From: Candidatus Woesearchaeota archaeon
Lineage (GTDB): Archaea > Nanobdellota > Nanobdellia > Woesearchaeales > DSVV01
Reading direction: 5' to 3'
Assembly: GCA_038884615.1 (NCBI GenBank)
Contig: JAWABL010000005.1
Span: 45-64,044, forward strand
Length of the DNA: 64,000 nucleotides
Shown here: positions 18,189 through 54,469 of the stretch, piece by piece
Layout of the letters: each line of letters begins with the position of its first letter
Position numbering within the stretch: position 1 is the stretch's first letter
Made by a program: the position numbers and the translations under genes
Notes under the pieces: generated by a model
Seen by the model: the letters and a program-made list of their open reading frames with translations, nothing else
Database searches by the model: none
What the model was told of the DNA's origin: nothing

Positions 18189-19445
18189 TTAATTAAAATG
18201 GCCCCCTTTGGCAATGAAAACCTCTGTTTCGGGTTTAATTATTGAGGATAGTATATGGGGGTTATTTGTTTTTACCTGTGTTTTTGAAATTCCATATTGT
18301 CTTGCTATCTCTTCAAGAGTTTGCACCTTTTCGGCTCTTAAAACCTTGACTTGTTTAGAAAAAGGAATTTGTGGTGCAACAGAAATCTCTTCATACTTAT
18401 TCTCAATAATGTAGGCTGCTCCAAAAATCTTTGTTAGGTGTTCATGCCTCATTTTTGGTAACAAATAAGCGAGTGTCTCATAAACCTTTCTTTCATCCCC
18501 TTGTTCTACAGCCTTTTTTATCTTTGGATTCTTGGCTATCGTGTCTATGTTTGGATAACCAATATTTAAAGCAGCTATCCCAAGTACAATACTATCATAC
18601 CTTGCGGCCAAATTTGCTAGATGAACCGCGTTTTTTAAAATAACAGAAGGGTGCTTCCGTTCATCAATATGCCTATTGACTTTTATGTTCTGCTCTTTTG
18701 CTGTAAATGGCTCATACTGTGCAATACCTACATTATTTGCGCTAACAGCATCAAGCTTGCACTCTGATTCCACAGACCAGTTTGCATACAAAATACTTTT
18801 TGGCAGCCCACTTATTGCAGAAGCAATGGAGGCATAATCATCATACTTGCTTCCTCTCTCTAGAGCTTCCTTTAGGGTTTTTTTCCTCCATTCGTTTGAC
18901 AAAATCCTTTCTACATAATACTTTATTTTTTGTGACTCAAATGATACCCTTCTTGCTTTTATTGTCAATGAAAATTGTTCAAAAGCATCCATCCTCGGTT
19001 GGGTCATACTTCCTGCATTCTCGTTTGATCCTTCAACATGATAGTTAGTTCTGTTGTTCTTCTTTTCCTCTTCTATATGCTCCTTGTAGCTACTTTCACA
19101 CTTATCGTTGTAATTATTATTGATATGTCTATTCTTATCTAGAATTGTTGAAACGCTGTCGTCTATTGAATTATAAGTTAAAAGACCAACATTTGCCATA
19201 GCCGGCTGACTTATATTTACTTCCCATCTATTATAGTTAGATGGTTTTGATGTATTTGTATCACTCCCAACAACAAGGCTATTTCTTGATTCCAATCTTT
19301 TTGGTAGTCTGTATTCAGTTCTTGTACTAATCCTGTCTGCTGAAAAATATGTTGCAGTGGTGAATGCAAGGCAAAAACATACCGCCTTTATTGTTTTATG
19401 ATATTTTTTTTCTAGTTCATATTCCATTTTATTTTCTATCCCCAC
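18189..19445 (-). CDS. Second, more divergent SLT-like protein with a LysM-like C-terminus and an N-terminal membrane anchor
   Basis: WSVESECKLDAVSANNVGIAQYEPFTAKE (ES...S...G.xQ pattern), ALNIGYP, and a C-terminal VQTLEEIARQYGISKTQVKTNNPHI...EVFI. The annotated start is GTG 19445; an ATG alternative is at 19427. Confidence 0.6.
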   Translation of the reverse strand: MGIENKMEYELEKKYHKTIKAVCFCLAFTTATYFSADRISTRTEYRLPKRLESRNSLVVGSDTNTSKPSNYNRWEVNISQPAMANVGLLTYNSIDDSVSTILDKNRHINNNYNDKCESSYKEHIEEEKKNNRTNYHVEGSNENAGSMTQPRMDAFEQFSLTIKARRVSFESQKIKYYVERILSNEWRKKTLKEALERGSKYDDYASIASAISGLPKSILYANWSVESECKLDAVSANNVGIAQYEPFTAKEQNIKVNRHIDERKHPSVILKNAVHLANLAARYDSIVLGIAALNIGYPNIDTIAKNPKIKKAVEQGDERKVYETLAYLLPKMRHEHLTKIFGAAYIIENKYEEISVAPQIPFSKQVKVLRAEKVQTLEEIARQYGISKTQVKTNNPHILSSIIKPETEVFIAKGGHFN

Positions 19446-19849
19446 TCCTTCTAAGCATACTTTTTCTTGCTTTTTTTTGAGTTATCCTCTCTTTATAACA
19501 CAACCCCTGCTTTTTATAATACCAATTCCTATCTTTTTTATCCATACACCTCTCTGATTTCTCAATAACTCTTACTAACTCTCTATAACTAAATCCTTAT
19601 ATTTGCCATTTAATTACTTATCACCCCATTTATTGGTATAATAGTAAGAATCCTATTATACTAATTTATGCTATTTTGCATTATACTATAATTTCTATAC
19701 TATAATTTATACTCTATATCTTCTGATTCCATGTGAAAGACAGTGCTATATTAAGATTGTTAGTACATTTTTTTTAGAATTTGGCTTATCAATATAAAAT
19801 ATTACTAATTTATAAAAATTAAATTTAATAATCGTTTTTTATTATTTTT

Positions 19850-21064
19850 TTAGAGATTTTTTTCGGCAAAATCTACCATCTCTTTCCAGTCTAATATCTC
19901 TGCCGCTTGCCTCGCTAGTTCTTCTTCTTTTAGTGCAATAGCTATCCATTTTGCAAGGTCATTTTTGCCGTTGTTTATATATCTTCTAAATGTATTCTCA
20001 TCCATTATTTTAAGTCCATCTATAAATGCTTGCCTACTATCTATAAGAAATCCATTAGGAAGATGGAAGTGAAACATTGTTGGAAGTTTTTCCATCCTTC
20101 TTTTTGTAACAATGTCGTTGTTTTTTTGCTGGACGCTGCTATCTGTTTTGCTTATTTGGCTCTGAAGCAGGGTTTTAAAATCTTGGCTTTGCATATGCTC
20201 TTTTACCGCTGTTTTTACTTGTGCATTTAGCATGTATGGAATATTTGCCATTATTGCTTCTCTGACTTGAATTGTCACTGCCTTTGCGATTTCATTTGTG
20301 AGTTCTTTAAGCAGTGTTTCTTTTAAAATCTGGCTGATTTCTTGGTTTTGCAAGATAGACCCCTCAGATTTTTGTATTCCTTCGAGACTATCTGTAATTA
20401 TAGGTATTGATTTTTGTTCTGGTTTATCTGCACTTTTTTCAGAATGCTTAATAGTAGAAGATTCTTTAGGTATTTGCGACTCTAATCTTTTTTCAGGATG
20501 TGTTGTTTGCTGTGTTGCTTGTGATGGGGGTGAAGCAGTCTTATTAGTAAAAGGCTTTGTGAATTCAAGCTCCTGCTCGTCCTCAACAATAAACGGATTA
20601 AACCGGTTTGTGACAATCTCATATAGTCCCATAAACTTCTCCATGTTTTTGTCTATTATATCCATCTTATGCGTGTATGCATCAAGCGATGATTTTACGG
20701 TGTTTATGGCTGTGTTGTTCTCACCTAGCTTATTCTCAAGCTCTTTGATTCTTGTGTTCAAGTTGTTATCAATCTCAATAAGTTCCTTAATTTGCTGCAT
20801 TATCAAGTTAGTTACTCTTTCGTTTTCTTCAACTCTTTCAATGTCCACATACTCGTATCTTTGTTGGTTCTGTGAGCTTAAGCTGTTTCCAAAAGACTGA
20901 GGCTGTGATGCTGACTGAATTTGGCTTAAGCTTGGCTTAGGCGATGAAGAATTCTGGATGGTTGGCTGTGCCTGTGCTCCGGCAAGTTCATTGAGCTTTG
21001 CTCTTAATTTGTCAAGCTCTGCATTGTTGACAGTAGTGTCTTTCTTGAATAACCCCAGCGCCAT
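19850..21064 (-). CDS. Archaellum accessory FlaC-like coiled-coil protein with a Q/S-rich N-terminus and an extra C-terminal domain
   Basis: A coiled coil ends in MEKFMGLYEIVTNRFNPFI, the FlaC/D/E-type YE.v.n.fNPF motif. The C-terminal 90 aa (FHFHLPNGFLI...GKNDLAKWIAIAL) is a separate module. Confidence 0.6.
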   Translation of the reverse strand: MALGLFKKDTTVNNAELDKLRAKLNELAGAQAQPTIQNSSSPKPSLSQIQSASQPQSFGNSLSSQNQQRYEYVDIERVEENERVTNLIMQQIKELIEIDNNLNTRIKELENKLGENNTAINTVKSSLDAYTHKMDIIDKNMEKFMGLYEIVTNRFNPFIVEDEQELEFTKPFTNKTASPPSQATQQTTHPEKRLESQIPKESSTIKHSEKSADKPEQKSIPIITDSLEGIQKSEGSILQNQEISQILKETLLKELTNEIAKAVTIQVREAIMANIPYMLNAQVKTAVKEHMQSQDFKTLLQSQISKTDSSVQQKNNDIVTKRRMEKLPTMFHFHLPNGFLIDSRQAFIDGLKIMDENTFRRYINNGKNDLAKWIAIALKEEELARQAAEILDWKEMVDFAEKNL

Positions 21065-21264
21065 CTACACTCCTCAGCAATTAATAGTATAAATACTTTG
21101 TTCACTATCTACGAATAAAAAATATATTATCTTATAGACTTACTTTATAGCTAAATTTTGTTGACATAGCTTCTTATTATTCTGAAACATAAGTCGATCC
21201 TAAAGTATAAAATCTAATCTGGCTAAATTAGAAAGCATTATCTTAAAGGATTATCTAATCTATT

Positions 21265-22299
21265 TTATCCAACTGGCCAGAGCGGTGTTTTTACACTTTG
21301 GATTATATCAGGAGTTCTTGCTTGGGCCTGTGTAAGCCTACCTTTTTCTGAGGAATATATAAACCTAAATTCTTCTTGTATGCCAAGGCTTTCATCAATG
21401 CTTGATGCTGGTATAGTGAAGATAAGGTTATTTGCTGCATCTGTAATGTTAGTTTCAGGGACAATATGGCTTCTTAGCTTGAAAAGTATCTCAAAAACCT
21501 CTCCGTCTCCGAGTACAAGATCGTCATCGCCATGCATGACAACAAAGCAGTATTTTAAGTTTGGAGCAACAGTTTCAAAACTGCATTCGCTTGGATTGCT
21601 TGTTATGTTGAAATCCGCGCTTGTAACATTTATTCCATCATTAATATTAGTTGTTCCGACAATATGGAAGTAGCCATAGTAGTATCCATCCTGTCCGATT
21701 ATTGGCTCGTCTCTTATTTCCATCACTACTGGATTTGAAGCTGCGGATGTTAAATTATAACCTAAATCCACATAATAATAACCTGCGGTTGAAAGATTAA
21801 ATAAAATATAATTGCTTATATTATTTGGCTTGTAGATGGTTACCTTGTCTGTTTTTCCATCTCCATCAAGGTCAAATAAGTTTGTAGGTGTTGCATTTAA
21901 TATATTTGTGGTTAGCTTCCAGTTAAATCCATTAGGATCAACAGCGGGGTCGTTTAGAGCCCAATGCTGCAATGATGCAGGACTGTCTGTGTTTTCACCT
22001 ATAAAGTTCAAGTCAAATCTTTTCATCTGCAATGGATCTGAGCCAGCGTCTAGTCTTATAAGTGTTTCAAAGTCGTTAAGCTTTTCTGTGGTTTTATTCC
22101 CCCTGGCTGTTATGGATATTATTTCTATTGCGTTTGTTATCTTCTTTCTTGATTCTTGTCCTGTTATTAACGCCCTCTGCTGGAGAACACCTGAAGTTGA
22201 GATAAGAACACCGGCAGCAACAGCTGCAACAAGAATTGTTGCGATAAAAATAATTAGGGTACCAATTCCCATTAAAGCCCTTTTTTGCAATTTACGCAT
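21265..22299 (-). CDS. arlB: Archaellin (FlaB/ArlB family), paralog 2
   Basis: KRA|LMGIGTLIIFIATILVAAVAAGVLISTSGVLQQRALITGQ. The body is divergent but shares a DLDGDGKTD...FNLSTAG segment with the other two paralogs. Confidence 0.75.
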   Translation of the reverse strand: MRKLQKRALMGIGTLIIFIATILVAAVAAGVLISTSGVLQQRALITGQESRKKITNAIEIISITARGNKTTEKLNDFETLIRLDAGSDPLQMKRFDLNFIGENTDSPASLQHWALNDPAVDPNGFNWKLTTNILNATPTNLFDLDGDGKTDKVTIYKPNNISNYILFNLSTAGYYYVDLGYNLTSAASNPVVMEIRDEPIIGQDGYYYGYFHIVGTTNINDGINVTSADFNITSNPSECSFETVAPNLKYCFVVMHGDDDLVLGDGEVFEILFKLRSHIVPETNITDAANNLIFTIPASSIDESLGIQEEFRFIYSSEKGRLTQAQARTPDIIQSVKTPLWPVG

Positions 22300-22326
22300 A
22301 GTTGCCTAAAATAATTTGGTAATGAA

Positions 22327-22334
22327 TATTTAAA
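22327..22334 (-). promoter_or_regulatory. Candidate BRE/TATA for archaellin paralog 2
   Basis: The minus strand reads GCGAAAGATTTAAATATTC, with the TATA about 30 nt upstream of ATG 22299. This implies a very short leader. Confidence 0.35.
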
Positions 22335-22350
22335 TCTTTCGCTTGCTTGT

Positions 22351-22515
22351 GGCTGCGTTCAAAATCTCGTTTTTGGTCGGTTTAACATCATGTTGGCACT
22401 TTTCCATTCAAATCAAAATATCCTGGTTCTCCGTATGGAACAACTCACCTCAGACCCGTATATGTTCCTGAATGTGCATACGCGGTGGATGCTAACACAC
22501 TTTTTGAACGGTGCC
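22351..22515 (+). mobile_element. MITE-like element, copy A (right terminal repeat decayed)
   Basis: It is the reverse complement of 53964-54127, with about 12 differences over about 165 nt by eye. The left end is GGCTGCGTTCAAAA. The right end TTTTGAACGGTGCC is degenerate. No flanking duplication is visible. Confidence 0.6.
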
Positions 22516-23165
22516 CTCTATATTTAGTATTATTCCTCTCTTATATCCTTATTCTATCTTATTTCTTATTATATCTCTTCTTATTCGTTTCTTTATTATT
22601 TTTCTTTTTGCTATTTATTATTTAATCTATTACTTAATATTAATCTATTACTTAACTTATTTAGTTTTTAGCTATTCACTTTCCCTTTTTCGTATATTAA
22701 AGGAAACTTTCTGTTAAATACCATGGCCTTTTTTTGTTATTTCAGATTATCTTTTATTGCTTCTTTGCTATTACTTTGGTTCTTTAATCCTTCTTTAATA
22801 TGTTCTTTGTTTTATCATCGGAATGTGGTTGCTTGTTTATGTGCTTTTTTACCTTTTTTTGTACAACTTGTCTTCTCATTATTTATTCTTTTATTTTTTA
22901 CATCTTATTAGAGCTATTCAAAACCAGTTCGGCTTTTAAATGGTAGACCTATTTTCTTATATCTCTTTTTTTTGCATGTCCTAATTATGTTTAATTATAT
23001 AAGAACATATATAAGAACAATATTAGAAACTGCTTCGTATAAAAAAAAAGCAAAGATTTATAAATCCTAGTTTCCCTTTTTTGGAATTTATCGGAAATCT
23101 ATAAGAGATTGGATTGTGAGCTTTTGTCAACTTAAAACCCTATAAAACCACAAAAAAAGAGACTG

Positions 23166-23714
23166 ATGAAAAGGCGTGATGACCTTAGATACCTCACTTA
23201 CGATGAGTGGGAGCGGCTTATTGCCTCAGTAGACAGCCTTAGGGATATTCTTATTCTAAGGTTACTTTATGAAACCGGATGCACTGTAAACGAGCTTGTT
23301 CATATAAAAATAAAGGACATAGATTTTCATAGGCATACTGTTAAAATTCATGCTGAGAACAGCAGAAACCATGAGTTTAGGGAAACGGTCATATCTCCTA
23401 AGCTTGCAGCGCTTATAAGAGAGTTTGCAAGCAAAAACATCCACAGCGAGTTTCTTCTTTATACAAGACAGAGCAAATCAATGACTACAAAAAGGATACG
23501 GCAGATAGTTCAGCAGCGGTGTGTAAATGTAGGCATTGAGAATGCAAATCCTCAGACTATCAGATATACCCATATTGCTCATGCTTACCAGAAAAGTGTT
23601 CCAGTTGATGCAATAATAAGGCAGGTCGGACTTAAGCGCTCAAGGGCGATACAAATCTTCAGCCAGCTCTCGCTTATCGGACCCAGAGATGCCTACAAGA
23701 AATTTTTAGCATAG
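23166..23714 (+). CDS. Tyrosine-recombinase-fold protein (catalytic domain only), apparently catalytically inactive
   Basis: It aligns by eye to the Xer catalytic domain: LLYETGCTVNEL against LYATGLRVSEL, NPQTIRYTHIAHAY against SPHVLRHAFATHLL, and QVGLKRSRAIQIFSQ against LLGHSDLSTTQIYTH. Arg-I becomes T40, His-II becomes Q130, His-III becomes L156 and the nucleophile Tyr becomes F165. Only Arg-II (R133) is retained. Confidence 0.7.
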   Translation: MKRRDDLRYLTYDEWERLIASVDSLRDILILRLLYETGCTVNELVHIKIKDIDFHRHTVKIHAENSRNHEFRETVISPKLAALIREFASKNIHSEFLLYTRQSKSMTTKRIRQIVQQRCVNVGIENANPQTIRYTHIAHAYQKSVPVDAIIRQVGLKRSRAIQIFSQLSLIGPRDAYKKFLA

Positions 23715-23725
23715 AGGTAAAACGC

Positions 23726-52198
<28,473 letters not shown>

Positions 52199-52512
52199 TA
52201 AAGATATAAAAATAGAAAAGTATAAAATCTTCTATATTTAATCTGTAATCTATTAAATACCTTCTTTTATAAACACAACTAATCCCTTTTTTAATACAGG
52301 ACAGCCTCAATACCAAACAAACCAACGCAGTTCTTAAAGAAGTAGCTTATGCCATTTCTCTGAACAAAATAATTAGTTTGCATCTTTAATACATAGGCTG
52401 GCTCTTATAATGAAAACATCTTTTCAGAAGAGGGGTATATGATTATGATAGTCTATTTTGAGAATTAACTTATTGACTTTATAACTTTATTGATTTTAAC
52501 AATCTTAAAAAT

Positions 52513-53775
52513 TTATGGATATAGATAAACTCTCTCTGTTGAAATCACATCAGGTGTTACAAACTCTGTTAAAGTGGATGTTCCTATTTTTGGGATGAAA
52601 TTTAGCCTTACTAGCTCATCTTCAGTAATCTCTCCAGGCGCTTCATAGCAGAGTTTTATTACATCACCTCTTTGTAGATTGCCGGGAACATGGTTTGTCC
52701 CTTCTTGTTCGTATATCACTGAAAAGTATCCCATTCCGTAATTGTAAGGTCTTATTGTAAAGGTTGCGTTTTCCGGTATGATATCTACGGTAGAAGTTAT
52801 AGCAGACACTGTGAGATAGGCTATTGTATTAGTTGTATTCTCCACCTTCTCTGAACTTAAGCTTATTGTGGCAGGCAGGGTTGAAATGTCTGCGCCAAGG
52901 TTAACTGAAAGATTCTGTCCAGAACTCAAAAAAAATAATGCATGTGTGTTATTTATCGCAAGGTAATCGTCCTGTGAATCATCATCATAATCTTCTTCAA
53001 GTGGTATGGGATTTTCGTATAGCTGAAATAAAACATCAGCGTCAAAAAAGGTTATCCTAAATGCTGTGCTTCCACTTGTTCTGTACCCCTCAATATAACC
53101 ATATGAACTTATATTCAAATGGCTGAAGCTGAACGAAGTTCCAGAATCTGATAAGTTTACTTCTGTACCATTGTCATTTAACAGATGAGTATACACAATC
53201 CCTGCACTGCTTAGATTAAATTTTAGATATGTTCCATTGTACTCAGGAGGGCAATCATTCATGCAACTTCTTACATAATCTGTTAGTCCATCGTCATCCA
53301 AATCAACATCTATACTGGTCCACATGTCCTCTCTTATTATGCCCCCGCTTCCGTCAACTCTTAGCCCCATGAAGTTCTCAAGTTCGCCCATCTCCTCATC
53401 GTTCCATGTATTATAACCATTTATATTGTTCTTATCACAAATGCAGTTCTCTCCTTTGTATTTTAAAGTCGATGTTCTGTCTTTTGTATTGAATGTGAAG
53501 ATGACCTGGTCAAGTTTTATAGGGTCTGAACCGGGTGCAAGCTTTAATATCTGCTGGAAATCAGTTAGGTTTCCTCCTCTTCCGTCTCTTGCAGAAACCT
53601 CAATTACCCGCGCGTTCGTTGATATCTGGCTTCTTGCCTGTTGTCCTGTAGAAAGTGCCTTTTCCTGGAGGCTTCCTGCTGTCTGAATAAGCACTCCGGC
53701 TGCAACCGCTGCAACAAGAAGCATGGCAATAAAAACTATTAGGGTACCAACACCCATCTCTGCTTTTCTTTTCAT
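52513..53775 (-). CDS. arlB: Archaellin (FlaB/ArlB family), paralog 3
   Basis: KRKA|EMGVGTLIVFIAMLLVAAVAAGVLIQTAGSLQEKALSTGQQARSQISTNA. About 110 N-terminal and about 75 C-terminal residues are nearly identical to paralog 1. The centre is about 105 aa longer. Confidence 0.8.
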   Translation of the reverse strand: MKRKAEMGVGTLIVFIAMLLVAAVAAGVLIQTAGSLQEKALSTGQQARSQISTNARVIEVSARDGRGGNLTDFQQILKLAPGSDPIKLDQVIFTFNTKDRTSTLKYKGENCICDKNNINGYNTWNDEEMGELENFMGLRVDGSGGIIREDMWTSIDVDLDDDGLTDYVRSCMNDCPPEYNGTYLKFNLSSAGIVYTHLLNDNGTEVNLSDSGTSFSFSHLNISSYGYIEGYRTSGSTAFRITFFDADVLFQLYENPIPLEEDYDDDSQDDYLAINNTHALFFLSSGQNLSVNLGADISTLPATISLSSEKVENTTNTIAYLTVSAITSTVDIIPENATFTIRPYNYGMGYFSVIYEQEGTNHVPGNLQRGDVIKLCYEAPGEITEDELVRLNFIPKIGTSTLTEFVTPDVISTERVYLYP

Positions 53776-53963
53776 GTATTCTCCCTGATTCTTCTTTGCG
53801 TTGTTTTTATAGGAAAATCAGTGTCAAATTCAGTTCAAATATAATTTGAAATAAAATTTAAAAATTTTAAATCTCATATAAATTAATATACTATAATATA
53901 TATTAATCTATTATAGAATATAGTCATATATGTTTTTATATATAAATATTTCGGTTTTGTTAG

Positions 53964-54127
53964 GGCTGCGTTCAAAAAGTGTGTTAGCATCCACCGCGTA
54001 TGCACATTCAAGAACATATACGGGTCTGAGGTGAGTTGTTCCATACGGAGAACCTGATATTTTCATTTAAACGGAAAAGTGCCAACATGATGGTAAGCCG
54101 ACTGAAAACGAGATTTTGAACGCAGCC
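53964..54127 (-). mobile_element. MITE-like element, copy B, with perfect 14-bp terminal inverted repeats and an 11-bp target-site duplication
   Basis: GGCTGCGTTCAAAA (53964-53977) is the reverse complement of TTTTGAACGCAGCC (54114-54127). GGTTTTGTTAG occurs immediately on both sides (53953-53963 and 54128-54138). No ORF inside. Confidence 0.65.
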
Positions 54128-54166
54128 GGTTTTGTTAGCAAAAAAGTTAAGAAAACTGACCTAAAA

Positions 54167-54271
54167 ATCTAGAATAAGTAATCTAGAATAAGTATATCTT
54201 TATACCTATTATAAAAAGATATACTATAATTAAATAATAATCTAGAAATTTAATAACAGCCTAGAAATTTA
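54167..54271. repeat. Cluster of short direct repeats containing CTAGAA
   Basis: ATCTAGAATAAGTA is tandemly duplicated (54167-54180 and 54181-54194). CTAGAAATTTA occurs at 54242-54252 and 54261-54271. Confidence 0.6.
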
Positions 54272-54307
54272 TTATTTTTGTTGATAATTACGGACTGTAT
54301 GATTGAT

Positions 54308-54469
54308 TCACTTCTTTTTTAAAATCTCTTTTTGCATATCTTCAAACTGTTTCTTGATATGATGAAAAACCTGATTAAAAATATCTATGTCGTGCTCAAG
54401 CTTCTTTTCTTTCTCTTTTAACCTCTTAATTTCCTCTTCTAGTTCCCTTATTTTGTTATTTAAATCCAT
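54308..54469 (-). CDS. Small (53 aa) coiled-coil ORF below the ORF-track cutoff
   Basis: Encodes MDLNNKIRELEEEIKRLKEKEKKLEHDIDIFNQVFHHIKKQFEDMQKEILKKK*. ATG 54469 overlaps the last 14 nt of the upstream gene in another frame. TGA at 54310-54308. Confidence 0.35.
   Translation of the reverse strand: MDLNNKIRELEEEIKRLKEKEKKLEHDIDIFNQVFHHIKKQFEDMQKEILKKK

Noticed and set aside
14353-22299. A complete archaellum (arl/fla) operon
   Set aside because: Only archaellins and one FlaC-like gene are present. No ArlH (KaiC-like), ArlI (ATPase) or ArlJ (polytopic membrane) candidates occur among the ORFs, so the locus cannot be called a full motility operon from this window.
22511-22911. Two ORFs (68 and 62 aa) in the archaellin / recombinase-like intergenic region
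   Set aside because: Their translations are runs of L/I/F/Y/S produced by a T-rich, G-poor tract. There is no start context and no motif, so they were treated as non-coding.
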